64,000 bases of DNA. Origin: Sedimentisphaerales bacterium. Its GTDB lineage: Bacteria; Planctomycetota; Phycisphaerae; Sedimentisphaerales; SM23-30. The translations under genes and the position numbers were made by a program. The notes below the pieces were generated by a model. That model saw only the letters and a list, made by a program, of their open reading frames with translations. It did no database searches and was not told the DNA's origin. Shown one piece after another: positions 39,517-49,246 of the stretch (the stretch's first letter is position 1; every line of letters starts with the position of its first letter). Location: contig CAXXMR010000011.1 in NCBI GenBank assembly GCA_963663805.2, positions 32,001 to 96,000 on the forward strand, given 5' to 3'.

Positions 39517-40539
39517 ATGTTTCAAAAAGCAACCAAAACAAAGTGCAAATTACGGCTGGCAATCTTTGGCCCGTCTGGTGCCGGCAAAACTTTTTCTGCC
39601 CTGAGAATAGCCAAAGGTCTGGGCGGTCGGATAGCGGTGATTGATACCGAACATGGCTCAGCGTCAAAATACGCTGATAAGTTTGAATTTGATGTCTGCG
39701 AACTTAACCAAAACCAGAACATCGAAACCACCGTGCGTACGATTAATGAAGCCAGTGGCTATGATGTGCTGATTATTGATAGCATGTCACATTCGTGGCA
39801 GGAACTACTTGTGGAGATCGACAGGCTTGCCAAGCAAAAATACAAAGGCAATACCTGGTCTGCATGGTCCGATGGAACCCCCAAACAAAAAGAGTTGGTC
39901 AATGCTATTTTGAGCTATCCCGGCCATGTAATTGCTACCATGCGTAGTAAAACAGAGTGGGAAACCGAGAAAACCGGCAACGGCAAGAATAGGCCGGTAA
40001 AGGTTGGCTTGGCTCCGGAACAAGGCAAGGGCATTGAATATGAATTTGACATGCTTATGGAGATTACTACTGAGCATGTCGCATTTGTCAGCAAAGACCG
40101 TACTGGCAAATATCAGGATGCAAATATTGAAAAACCCGGTGAACAGTTAGGTCAAGAGTTGGCAGCTTGGCTGAATGAAGGAATAGCACCCCAGCCCCAG
40201 CAGCAGCCTAACAATACCCCACCGCAAAATCAGACTCCGCCCCCTCAAAACCCACCTCAACAGCCCAGTAATAAATCGTTTTTCTGGGGGTCATTCCAAC
40301 AACGTTGCCAGGCTCAGGACGTGCAGGTGCCTCAGGACAAAAATGCTCTTATGGCAGTGTTTACAGAGATGTGTCATTCCGCAACGGCGGCAAATGTCGC
40401 CAACGAGAACGGCTGGGAAATGCCCATTCCAACTGCCAAACCGGATAGCACCGGTTGGCTGGTGCTGAATAGCATGCTTGTGGAATACGACATCAAGTCG
40501 GCCATTATCAAGTACGCGACACCAGGAAGTGCAGCTTAA
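39517..40539 (+). CDS. AAA_24 / Sak4-like recombination ATPase
   Basis: RLAIFGPSGAGKTFSAL, VIDTEHGSASKY, IIDSMSHSW, GIEYEFD, KDRTG. Confidence 0.85.
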   Translation: MFQKATKTKCKLRLAIFGPSGAGKTFSALRIAKGLGGRIAVIDTEHGSASKYADKFEFDVCELNQNQNIETTVRTINEASGYDVLIIDSMSHSWQELLVEIDRLAKQKYKGNTWSAWSDGTPKQKELVNAILSYPGHVIATMRSKTEWETEKTGNGKNRPVKVGLAPEQGKGIEYEFDMLMEITTEHVAFVSKDRTGKYQDANIEKPGEQLGQELAAWLNEGIAPQPQQQPNNTPPQNQTPPPQNPPQQPSNKSFFWGSFQQRCQAQDVQVPQDKNALMAVFTEMCHSATAANVANENGWEMPIPTAKPDSTGWLVLNSMLVEYDIKSAIIKYATPGSAA

Positions 40540-40567
40540 AACAAACCTAATTACCTAAGAGGCAAGG

Positions 40568-41125
40568 ATGCCAACTTTCCACGGTAAAACTATCGATAAT
40601 AAGCCCGCCGCGAATTGGCAGGCGATATACCAGGCTTGTGTTAAATATCCGGATTTCTTAATTGATATACGCAAATATGATGCGGCCAAAGAAATATCAA
40701 TTCAGCAGATGAAATACTGGCATCCGGTACCGGTAAAAATATTTGCCGAGCATACTGGTTATTCTTTGTGGAAGTCAGAGCAATGGCTGAAACGTGAACG
40801 TGGGTCACATTGGTTTGTTCACGAGGTAGAAGAGGAAGAAAATCGGCGGGGTCAAATTATGTTTGAATGCTTAAATCCCGCCTGTCGTAATCTTATGCTC
40901 TGCCCCGCCAAACTACGGGGGAAGTATGTTTGCCGTGAATGTCGAAGCCCCGTCCGAATGTTTTTTATGCTCAGTAAAACTGAGCTTTCGGTAAATGACT
41001 TCAATAGTTTTCTGGAAAACACTTGGGAGTTCATGGAAGAAATCAACTGCCCCTGCCCAAAACCTGACCCTAACTGGCGAATTAATCAAAGACAATCTAA
41101 TCAGAAAGGAAAAACTTGTGCCTAA
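40568..41125 (+). CDS. NinB/DUF1367-like protein with a zinc-ribbon insertion
   Basis: SIQQMKYWH...SKTELSVNDFNSFLE...CPKPD. Confidence 0.6.
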   Translation: MPTFHGKTIDNKPAANWQAIYQACVKYPDFLIDIRKYDAAKEISIQQMKYWHPVPVKIFAEHTGYSLWKSEQWLKRERGSHWFVHEVEEEENRRGQIMFECLNPACRNLMLCPAKLRGKYVCRECRSPVRMFFMLSKTELSVNDFNSFLENTWEFMEEINCPCPKPDPNWRINQRQSNQKGKTCA

Positions 41126-41570
41126 TTATAATCGAGTAATAATGGCGGGCCATTTAACCCGTGACCCAGAACTGAGGTTTTTGCAAAACCAAACCGCTAT
41201 TTGCGGATTCAGTATTGCCACTAACAAAAAATGGAAAGACCAGCAGGGCAACCAACAGGAGAAAGTTTGTTTTGTAGAATGCGTTGCCTGGGGCAAGCGG
41301 GGCGAAACCATCAATCAGTATTTCAAAAAGGGTGCCGGTATCTTGATAGAGGGTGAATTGGAGCTTGACCAGTGGGATGATAAAGACACTGGCCAAAAGC
41401 GTTCCAAACATAAAATCAATGTACAGTCTTTTTCCTTTATGGGCAGCGGCCAAAATAATAACAACAACCAGCAGAATAACCAGCAGTCGGGCTATTCTGA
41501 TTATGACCAGCCGCAAGGTGGATATGACGGTGGTTATAGTAACGGCGGTGACGACGACATACCGTTTTAA
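41118..41570 (+). CDS. ssb: Single-stranded DNA-binding protein
   Basis: NRVIMAGHLTRDPELR; C-terminal DDDIPF; GTG start after AAAGGA. Confidence 0.95.
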   Translation: MPNYNRVIMAGHLTRDPELRFLQNQTAICGFSIATNKKWKDQQGNQQEKVCFVECVAWGKRGETINQYFKKGAGILIEGELELDQWDDKDTGQKRSKHKINVQSFSFMGSGQNNNNNQQNNQQSGYSDYDQPQGGYDGGYSNGGDDDIPF

Positions 41571-41585
41571 TCCGAAAGCATAGCC

Positions 41586-41789
41586 ATGATAACCATGTCA
41601 AATAAAAGATTTGAAGCTATCAAAAGTAACTCGATTAGCGGGCCACCGGAGATTGCCGAGTTGGTTTATGAGATAGAACATATGCGAGCAGTATTTCGGA
41701 TATTGGCGAAAGAGGGCAAATGCGCCTGCAAGGTGGTTTCTGTTGATGTATTGCGTGAATATCAGAATGAAGAATTGGAGGTAAAGTAA
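41586..41789 (+). CDS. Phage hypothetical protein
   Basis: In operon; TAATG coupling to the next ORF. Confidence 0.55.
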   Translation: MITMSNKRFEAIKSNSISGPPEIAELVYEIEHMRAVFRILAKEGKCACKVVSVDVLREYQNEELEVK

Positions 41790-42028
41790 TGAGCAGGGCA
41801 CGCATTAAAGAAGGTGATATTGTACATGTGGACTTTAATTGCGCGAGGCATACGTTATGCCACAGAGCCGAGGTTTTGCATATTCCGGCGGCAACGGGGG
41901 AATCATGGATCTTTTGTGATTTGGATACTGAGCAAACGCATTATGTGAGCGAAGGGTGTACTATAAGCCTGTTAGAGGGTCGAACCGAACCGGACTTTGT
42001 TTGCAGGAGAAACGAGGCGGACAAATGA
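41789..42028 (+). CDS. Phage hypothetical protein
   Basis: GGAGG RBS; ATGA overlap with the helicase. Confidence 0.6.
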   Translation: MSRARIKEGDIVHVDFNCARHTLCHRAEVLHIPAATGESWIFCDLDTEQTHYVSEGCTISLLEGRTEPDFVCRRNEADK

Positions 42029-43716
42029 CACTCCGCCCTTATCAACAACAAGCTCTTGACGCAATCAAACGCAATCCCCGCACTCGTGGCATTGTGGCTA
42101 TTCCAACAGGTACGGGAAAAGGCCATATCGTGCCAGATATCGTCAAGACATTGCAGGCTAGAAGTGCATTATTTTTAGCTCATCGGGAAGAATTGATTAA
42201 CCAGTTACGCGACCATCTGGAGGGCGGTTTAAACTGGATGCAAGTTGAGGTTGAACAATCTGGAAGAAGAGCGTCCAGTTTCACGCCCTATATTGTTGCT
42301 TCTGTCCCGACGCTAACAGCCAGCAAATGCAAGAGATTGCTCAATATGGCCCCCAGACGGTTTGATATGATAGTGTGTGATGAGGCTCATCATGCCACAG
42401 CCGATTCATATTGCGAAATCTGGAAGCATTTCGGTATACTTGACCAAGATGGCAATAAACCTCCCGTGCCGGCAATTCCATTGATTGGCCTGACGGCTAC
42501 GCCAGCCCGCGGTGATAATGTGGGCCTGCATAATGTCTTTGACCAGATTATTTATCAATACAGCCTGAAACAGGCCATTGAGGATGGGTGGTTGGTTCCC
42601 ATACATGCTTACAGTGTTCAAACCAATGTCAACCTGGACAAAGTCAAGATTCGTCGTGGCGATTATGCCACTAAGGATTTATCCGAGGCAGTGGCAACCA
42701 AGGAACGTAATGAAGCGGTTTATGATGCCTGTCAGAAAAACGCCAAGGGGCTCAAAACGCTTATCTTCTGCGTTGACGTAGAACATTCCGCACAAATGGC
42801 GGAAATGTTCCGAGCTCACGGTAGACCGGCTAAACATATTGACGGCAAGATGAACAGCTATCAGCGTTCGTCGATAATCGAATGGTTCGGCAAAACGCCG
42901 GGGGCAGTCCTGTGTAACTGTCAGATAGTCACCGAAGGCACCGACATTCCTTCGGTGGAATGTGTGGTGATGGCCCGGCCCACAAAGAGCAGCACACTTT
43001 ACATGCAATGCATTGGCCGAGGGACCAGGCTGGCTAAAGGCGCTTATGACTATGCTGAATCTGTTCGCATGGGCAAAGACAAAATGATTCTGTTGGATAT
43101 TACCGATAGTTCCGCCGAGGTCGGCCATGCAGCGGTAAATGTCGGCTCAATTTTCGGAGCCCCGTTCCCACGTAAAAAACTCACCGGCCAGAATATCGTT
43201 GATGAGGTTAAGCAGCAGGAGATTGACCTGAAGGCCGGTAAGTACGAACAGGGTGCTACTCAAGCGGTTAACACTACCACCATACGCTTTGACCTGTGGG
43301 CCAAGCCTGAGCCCGTCAAAGGCTCTAAAATGCAATGGATGGACCGTGGGGGTGTTTTGGTACTCAATCTCGCTGACAAGGGCACTGTGGAGCTTCAGAG
43401 CGATTTACTGGACCGTTGGGCGGTAAGTCATATCGCCAGAGGCAATCGCATTGCTGAGGTCGTTGTGGAAGGCCTCAGCGGGCGTGATGCGGCTGTCAAA
43501 TACGCCGAAAATTGGGTTAATGAGAATCACGCTGAGACGGTGAGATTGACCAAAAAAGACGCGCCGTGGAGACGTAAACCTCCGACCAGAAAACAGCGTG
43601 ACCTTTGCCGGAAGTTTCATATTACGGTACCAACCGGGGCAACCTGTGGCGATGTCGCTAACGCTATTGACCGCTTCTTTAACCGCAACAAACCTCAGCA
43701 AAGGATGGCAAGGTAA
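42025..43716 (+). CDS. SF2 DEAH helicase (Irc3/RadD-like)
   Basis: LRPYQ, PTGTGKG, AHREEL, DEAHH, LTATP, TEGTDIP, QCIGRGTR; C-terminal APWRRKPPTRKQ. Confidence 0.92.
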   Translation: MTLRPYQQQALDAIKRNPRTRGIVAIPTGTGKGHIVPDIVKTLQARSALFLAHREELINQLRDHLEGGLNWMQVEVEQSGRRASSFTPYIVASVPTLTASKCKRLLNMAPRRFDMIVCDEAHHATADSYCEIWKHFGILDQDGNKPPVPAIPLIGLTATPARGDNVGLHNVFDQIIYQYSLKQAIEDGWLVPIHAYSVQTNVNLDKVKIRRGDYATKDLSEAVATKERNEAVYDACQKNAKGLKTLIFCVDVEHSAQMAEMFRAHGRPAKHIDGKMNSYQRSSIIEWFGKTPGAVLCNCQIVTEGTDIPSVECVVMARPTKSSTLYMQCIGRGTRLAKGAYDYAESVRMGKDKMILLDITDSSAEVGHAAVNVGSIFGAPFPRKKLTGQNIVDEVKQQEIDLKAGKYEQGATQAVNTTTIRFDLWAKPEPVKGSKMQWMDRGGVLVLNLADKGTVELQSDLLDRWAVSHIARGNRIAEVVVEGLSGRDAAVKYAENWVNENHAETVRLTKKDAPWRRKPPTRKQRDLCRKFHITVPTGATCGDVANAIDRFFNRNKPQQRMAR

Positions 43717-43718
43717 TT

Positions 43719-44651
43719 ATGGTTGGCTGGATAAAACTACACAGAAAGTTTTTGAAGTGGGAATGGTATGACGATTTGAATACCAAATCTCTCTTTCTGC
43801 ATTGCTTATTAAAGGCCAATCATGAGCCTAAGCAATGGAGAGGAATAACAATCGAAAGAGGCCAGTTTGTTACCTCAACAAGCAATCTTGCCAAAGAAAT
43901 CGGTGTCGGAGTGCAAGCGATACGCACTTGCATTAACCGCCTAAAATCAACAAGCGAAATAACAAGCCAATCAACAAGCCGATTTACTATATTAACTATT
44001 TGTAATTACGATAGTTATCAATCAGAAGAAAATCCAACTAACAAGCCGACTAACAAGCCATCTAACAAACGACTAACAAACGAACAACAAGCAACTAACA
44101 AGCAACTAACAACAACTAAAGAATTAAAAGAAGAAAAGAATAATACCCCCCTTACCCCCCAGGAAGGGGCTGAGCCTGAGCTGGAAAAATCTGAGAATCC
44201 AGCCAAAGGCAAATCGAAATCCGGGCCTAAGGCTGCTGATAAAAATATCGAACGCTTCGAGAAATTCTGGAAATCCTATCCCCGCAAAATCGGCAAAGGT
44301 CAGGCCCGCAAAGTCTGGCTGCGGTTAAAACCCAATGACGAACTGACCGACACGCTGGTAATGGCAGTAGAGGCCCAGAAGAAATCCGAACAGTGGCAGA
44401 AATCCCAGGGCCAATTTATCCCACACCCTACAACCTGGCTGAATCAAGAACGGTGGGAGGACGAAATCTCAGGCACCGGCCCCGGCGAGGATAATTACTA
44501 CGGGGGTGACCCACCGCCACCAATTCGCAATACCACGGACGAAGAAGACATGGCCATGTTTGGCAGGACATTCCCGAAAACTACCGTCAAGGACGACGAT
44601 GATGACAACAGCGACAACAAAAATCGACATCCAGCAAATCAGGCAGGATAA
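43719..44651 (+). CDS. Phage replication initiator (O/DnaD-like)
   Basis: GWIKLHRK...LLKANH...RGQFVTS; C-terminal FEKFWKSYPRKIGK...FIPHPTTWLNQERWEDE. Confidence 0.88.
   Translation: MVGWIKLHRKFLKWEWYDDLNTKSLFLHCLLKANHEPKQWRGITIERGQFVTSTSNLAKEIGVGVQAIRTCINRLKSTSEITSQSTSRFTILTICNYDSYQSEENPTNKPTNKPSNKRLTNEQQATNKQLTTTKELKEEKNNTPLTPQEGAEPELEKSENPAKGKSKSGPKAADKNIERFEKFWKSYPRKIGKGQARKVWLRLKPNDELTDTLVMAVEAQKKSEQWQKSQGQFIPHPTTWLNQERWEDEISGTGPGEDNYYGGDPPPPIRNTTDEEDMAMFGRTFPKTTVKDDDDDNSDNKNRHPANQAG
43945..44120 (+). repeat. Iteron-like (CT)AACAA(G/A)C repeats inside the initiator gene (probable phage ori)
   Basis: About 10 copies with 11-12-bp periodicity, e.g. CTAACAAGCCGACTAACAAGCCATCTAACAAACGACTAACAAACG. 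Confidence 0.7.
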
Positions 44652-46401
44652 GACAACCCTGTTTGACGCACTCAGCAAGGCCGGGGCAAAGTTTAACGGC
44701 TCAAACGTAGTTTGCCCATTCCACGCCGACAAAAGCCCGTCCGGACAAATCTACAGCGATTCTGACGGAGTGTGGCGGTATAAGTGCCACGCAGCCTCTT
44801 GCGGATTCTGTGGTGATGTTTTCGACGTACAGGCCAAGGTTGAGAATCGACCGCTGGAAGATGTGTTGCGTGATGCTTCGGGCAATCAACCGGAACCACC
44901 GGAAGGCGTGAACTTTTTCGAGACTGTGGAGGCGGCGTGTGAGTCGATACACTGGGGCAAAATCGAATCTGTGTTCAAATATTCTAATCCGGTCGATGGC
45001 AAAATCGAACTGGCAGCAATTCGTATCCGCAGGCCAGATAACAGCAAAACTTTTATGCAGGTGTCGCACAGTCGCTGGGGTTTTGCGTTCAAGGCACCTG
45101 AAAAACCATGGCCGCTCTACAACCGGACCAGGTTGGCAAACGCTGAAATAGTGGTTGTGGTCGAAGGTGAAAAATGCGTTCACGCACTTCACGGAATCGG
45201 GATGGTTGCGACCACTTCCCCTTGCGGTGCTGGCAAGGCTGCTTATGCTGACTGGTCACCACTTGCCGGAAAGACTGTGTACTTGTGGCCGGACAACGAC
45301 GAAGGCGGAATTAAACACATGGAGGAAGTCGCCGGGCTACTCAAGCAGTTGCGTCCTGCACCGCTGGTTTACATCATCGACCCGGCCAAAGTGATGATAC
45401 CTGTGTCAGATAAGCCGCTCGAAGCCAAAGGGGACGTAGCGGATTTTATCGAGGAGATACCGGTTGACGGCTCTGATAAACAGGTTATCGCTTTCGACTG
45501 GATTGCAAAATGCATATTCCCCGCCGCCACAAGCCTGGGGGCATCGTGCGAAGTAAGCAAACTCATCGAGGACACTATCAGCGGCAAGCGTAAAGCTATT
45601 GACTGGCCGTGGCCCTGCCTGAGTCATCTCAGTAAAGCTCTGTTGCCGGGGACGGTGACGGTCCTTTGTGGCGACCCCTCAGCGGCTAAGTCCTTCATGC
45701 TTTTGCAGGCTATGTCGTATTGGCACGATGAAGGCATCAAGGCGGCAATTTATGAATTAGAAAATGACACGACTTATCACCTGTATCGGGCCTTAGTTCA
45801 GCGGGCGGGATATAGCCCTTCATTCGATGATGAATGGATGCGGGAGAACAGCGAAGAATTAAGAGCAATGTTCAAAGAGCATCAAGGCTTTCTCGATACT
45901 TTCGGTAAGTGTGTTTGGGCCATGCCAAAGGGCAAGGATGTATCTTTGGGCGACTTGGCGAAATGGGTTAAAGAGCGAGCAGATGAAGGCTGCCGAATAA
46001 TCGCAATTGATCCGGTCACGGCAGCAGCGTCGGGTGATAAACCTTGGCTTGAAGATAGGCGTTTTTTGAAATATTGCGAAGGTGTTTGTAACGATACCGG
46101 CGCTTCGCTTGTACTTGCTACTCACCCCAAGGCAGGAAAGAATCGGGTGCAGGGTTTGGATGGTTTGGCGGGCGGTGCTGCATATCAGCGTTTCAGCCAT
46201 ACAGTTATTTGGGTGGAAGTCCATAAAAAGAAAGAAAAGTTTTTAAAAACTCAGATGGGCACAATGGGCTATACCGTCAATCGAACTTTACACCTCTACA
46301 AGACACGTAACGGAAGCGGACACGGTGCCGCTTTGGGATATTTATTCAATGGTGGCACTCTGAGATTTGAAGAACTCGGATTAGTGGTCACCGACAACTA
46401 A
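44599..46401 (+). CDS. Primase-helicase (CHC2 zinc finger + TOPRIM + DnaB-like ATPase)
   Basis: CPFHADKSPS...CHAASC; VVEGEKC; WPDNDEGG; GDPSAAKS; IAIDP; KTRNG. Confidence 0.88.
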   Translation: MMTTATTKIDIQQIRQDKTTLFDALSKAGAKFNGSNVVCPFHADKSPSGQIYSDSDGVWRYKCHAASCGFCGDVFDVQAKVENRPLEDVLRDASGNQPEPPEGVNFFETVEAACESIHWGKIESVFKYSNPVDGKIELAAIRIRRPDNSKTFMQVSHSRWGFAFKAPEKPWPLYNRTRLANAEIVVVVEGEKCVHALHGIGMVATTSPCGAGKAAYADWSPLAGKTVYLWPDNDEGGIKHMEEVAGLLKQLRPAPLVYIIDPAKVMIPVSDKPLEAKGDVADFIEEIPVDGSDKQVIAFDWIAKCIFPAATSLGASCEVSKLIEDTISGKRKAIDWPWPCLSHLSKALLPGTVTVLCGDPSAAKSFMLLQAMSYWHDEGIKAAIYELENDTTYHLYRALVQRAGYSPSFDDEWMRENSEELRAMFKEHQGFLDTFGKCVWAMPKGKDVSLGDLAKWVKERADEGCRIIAIDPVTAAASGDKPWLEDRRFLKYCEGVCNDTGASLVLATHPKAGKNRVQGLDGLAGGAAYQRFSHTVIWVEVHKKKEKFLKTQMGTMGYTVNRTLHLYKTRNGSGHGAALGYLFNGGTLRFEELGLVVTDN

Positions 46402-46444
46402 CTTTGTGCTTTGGATAAGCACGCAATCAGGAAGGAGCCTAAGA

Positions 46445-46825
46445 ATGGCAAAAAAAGGACCATTACCCGCGGATTTATGTGTTGACCACCTCAGTGATGA
46501 GGAAAAGGCCAAGGCGATGGATGAAGTAACAGAGATGGAGAAGGAGTGTTGTATGCGGGAACGCAACATGAACGAGAAGCACGGAGCGTACAATACGGCC
46601 AAGCAAGCCTATAGCGAGGCGTGCAATGCTCTGCGTGAAACGATTCGCAGTTATGGCACTCCTTTGCCGATGTTCGACAAGCCCAAGAATGAGGCGGACA
46701 ACTCCGAAAATTCTAACTCCAAGGAAAAAACCGCCAAAAAGAAAGTCGCCAAGAAAAAGGCAAAGCGTGGTGGCCTGAAACATCCGGCTGTTGACGGTGC
46801 AACCGGGCAAGGAAAGGCAAGCTGA
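46445..46825 (+). CDS. Phage hypothetical protein, basic C-terminus
   Basis: AAGGAG RBS; TGATG coupling. Confidence 0.65.
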   Translation: MAKKGPLPADLCVDHLSDEEKAKAMDEVTEMEKECCMRERNMNEKHGAYNTAKQAYSEACNALRETIRSYGTPLPMFDKPKNEADNSENSNSKEKTAKKKVAKKKAKRGGLKHPAVDGATGQGKAS

Positions 46826-47292
46826 TGATTTTGGCTATAGACATCGGCCAGAACATGGGCATAGCGTGGCTTACCGATTGCGGTGAGCTGCGCTATGACT
46901 GTGTGAAATTAAAAAAACGAGATAAGGAACACCACGGCAAACGATTCGTGATGTTACGGGAGTTTTTGGAGGAGTTGCCACAGTTGCCAGAGGTGATTTA
47001 TTACGAACGGGTTCGGCGGCACCTGGGCACAGACGCCGCTCATGATTACGGAGGTTATGTGGCAGTATTACGGATGTATTGCTTTCAGAATTACATTCCG
47101 CTCAAAGGCATTGGAGTTGCCACTGTCAAAAAATACGCCACCGGCAATGGGCGGGCAGATAAATCTATGATGATTGAGGCAGCCAAAAAAGAGTTTGGTT
47201 ATGACGGCAAAAATGATAACGAGGCCGACGCACTTTGGATATTGTCGGCAGGGTTGGAATCAGAAAGGAAAGATTTATGTCAGCAAGTGTAA
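46825..47292 (+). CDS. RuvC-like Holliday junction resolvase
   Basis: ILAIDIG, YYE, VKKYATGNGRADKSMM, DNEADALWI. Confidence 0.88.
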   Translation: MILAIDIGQNMGIAWLTDCGELRYDCVKLKKRDKEHHGKRFVMLREFLEELPQLPEVIYYERVRRHLGTDAAHDYGGYVAVLRMYCFQNYIPLKGIGVATVKKYATGNGRADKSMMIEAAKKEFGYDGKNDNEADALWILSAGLESERKDLCQQV

Positions 47293-47627
47293 AAGTTATG
47301 AGGTCGTATGATTATTGTCACTTTGAGGTCTGCCTGGGGAGTGACGAAAACCTGACGTTGTTGCAGATCGACGAAATGCGGAAAGATGCCATGCACCTGG
47401 TTGATAAGGCTGTAAGGCAATATCAGATTGCCAAGGAAGATAGAAATTTTCACTCGATAGATCATAGCAGCGAATTGGAAGACTTAAAAAACAAGGTGAA
47501 GGTCATTAATGAGAACTTCCCCAAGAGCGAATGGACGCCGGAGCAAAAGGCTGTGATCAAGCGGTACGAAGATTTAACTTGGCGTCTGAATCACGAATAT
47601 GACTATGGGGATGATTGGGAATTTTGA
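47277..47627 (+). CDS. Phage hypothetical protein
   Basis: AAAGGA RBS; SVKVMRSYDYCHFEV. Confidence 0.65.
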   Translation: MSASVKVMRSYDYCHFEVCLGSDENLTLLQIDEMRKDAMHLVDKAVRQYQIAKEDRNFHSIDHSSELEDLKNKVKVINENFPKSEWTPEQKAVIKRYEDLTWRLNHEYDYGDDWEF

Positions 47628-47641
47628 AAGCGAGGCTGGCA

Positions 47642-47854
47642 ATGACAAAAACTAAACCCCAGAAAAAGCCTGACCTGAATTATCTATTCAGGTGGGCCAT
47701 GAGAAATAATCTATTGTTAGATGTTACGTGTAAAAGAGCTAGGGTGTACAAATGCCATGATGGTTCAGATGGCTGCTGGCACGGCATAACCGAGGAAAAA
47801 ACCCTCTACCAAGCCCTGCTCAAGGCCCGCAAGGAAATGGGGAGGGATAGATAA
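47642..47854 (+). CDS. Phage hypothetical protein
   Basis: GAGG RBS; coupled to the next ORF. Confidence 0.55.
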   Translation: MTKTKPQKKPDLNYLFRWAMRNNLLLDVTCKRARVYKCHDGSDGCWHGITEEKTLYQALLKARKEMGRDR

Positions 47855-48135
47855 TGACCGTACTAATAACTTGCCATCGTTGTGGTCAAGCACATCCGCC
47901 AGAGACAGAGTGTTTTTCTCAATACAAATGTACCGTAAGGAGATTAGAAGAAATGGCCGTTATACCAGGCATAACAATACCCCAAGCAATGCTACAGCGA
48001 ACCCAACGTCATCTTGACTGGATGATTCAAACTCTGGACTTCCAGAACGAAAACACGGGTATCGACAAAGAAGATTCGCCCGAAATGGCGGACGCGAGAA
48101 AGCTGCTAGCAGAGATTGAGGGATTGATGGAATGA
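47854..48135 (+). CDS. Phage hypothetical protein
   Basis: Coupled ORF with CHRC. Confidence 0.55.
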   Translation: MTVLITCHRCGQAHPPETECFSQYKCTVRRLEEMAVIPGITIPQAMLQRTQRHLDWMIQTLDFQNENTGIDKEDSPEMADARKLLAEIEGLME

Positions 48136-48329
48136 TTATCGATCTGACAAAACGAAGTGTTGAGGATTTGTTGTTTTTGCAAAAAGTGTTAATGCAATGG
48201 TGTGATGATATGTGGCCACGTGTCCAACGCAGCGGTCTTAGCAGTTTTATTTGTCGGGAATGGAAACGCAAGCAGGTAAGAATTGAACAAATCGACAAAG
48301 TATTACAAAAGAAACTATTTGGTGATTAA
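48132..48329 (+). CDS. Phage hypothetical protein
   Basis: ATGA and TAATG overlaps on both sides. Confidence 0.55.
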   Translation: MIIDLTKRSVEDLLFLQKVLMQWCDDMWPRVQRSGLSSFICREWKRKQVRIEQIDKVLQKKLFGD

Positions 48330-49237
48330 TGGCAGAAGTAAGAGCAACATTTGAACACGTAGAAAAGATGACTCAACAGCATGGTTGGTTCCAAAATCAG
48401 CTATGGGTCATCGAAAGTGCCCTTAATGGTCGCTGGGCATACTGGTGGGCGATTTTACTTAACAGGACTATCGGGGAGCTACCGGATTGGAAAATACCCC
48501 GCCTAGAGTTTAGTTCGCATTGTTATGAAAATTCACCGTTAGCCACTAATCGTGTAGATTTGTCACAATCAGAACACGGCCAAGAAATGCTACAATCCGT
48601 AGGTAGCCCGGCAGAAGCCAAAAAGCATATCTTAAAGGTTTTTGAACGGGCTATGCGGAATGGCAACTACCTACGTGATTTGATTGACTGGTGGTTGTTT
48701 GCCTTTGGCTCTCCGAGAATAACCCAAAAGCCCAAATTGCACGAAGAGGCTGCAATAGCTATGTATTCAGATTTTGAGCTTCACAGGCTAATTGGCAATC
48801 CAGCAGATTGGGGTTCGGTACTGGGGTTGGAGTTTACAGGTGGCAATAAAGGTACTGCGTGGTTTCCTACGCCAATGTGTTTAGCCGAAATGATGACACA
48901 AATGACCTTTGGTGGCCAAGATTGCCGTTGTAAGTCGGTCAATGATTGCTGCGTTGGAACCGGGGTATTTATGTTAGTAGCTTCTAATCACAGTCTGAAC
49001 CTGTCTTGCTGTGATATTGACCCTTTGATGGTATCGCTCTGCGAATTTGCGGGCTGGTTATATATCCCGTGGTTGGTTTACGGGAACAAACAATTCATCA
49101 AGGAATTTAGAGAAGATAGACCGGCTGAATCAGAACCGGAAGCAATAGAAGTGGAACGGAAAGAAAATCAGGAGCCTGAATTAGCGTATGTGGACAAGAA
49201 GAACCCGAATCAGGGTTTATTGTTTGAAATGGTTTAG
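48329..49237 (+). CDS. N6-adenine methyltransferase-like protein (HsdM-type motifs, no NPPY/F seen)
   Basis: WFPTPMCLAEMM...VNDCCVGTGVFML...CDID. Confidence 0.65.
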   Translation: MAEVRATFEHVEKMTQQHGWFQNQLWVIESALNGRWAYWWAILLNRTIGELPDWKIPRLEFSSHCYENSPLATNRVDLSQSEHGQEMLQSVGSPAEAKKHILKVFERAMRNGNYLRDLIDWWLFAFGSPRITQKPKLHEEAAIAMYSDFELHRLIGNPADWGSVLGLEFTGGNKGTAWFPTPMCLAEMMTQMTFGGQDCRCKSVNDCCVGTGVFMLVASNHSLNLSCCDIDPLMVSLCEFAGWLYIPWLVYGNKQFIKEFREDRPAESEPEAIEVERKENQEPELAYVDKKNPNQGLLFEMV

Positions 49238-49246
49238 AGGAATAAT

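Noticed and set aside
40190..40270. Pro/Gln-rich repeat in the Sak4-like gene
   Set aside because: Ordinary low-complexity linker.
43945..44120. CRISPR or DGR-type repeat
   Set aside because: Short tandem units without spacers, inside a coding gene; no cas or reverse transcriptase gene in the window.
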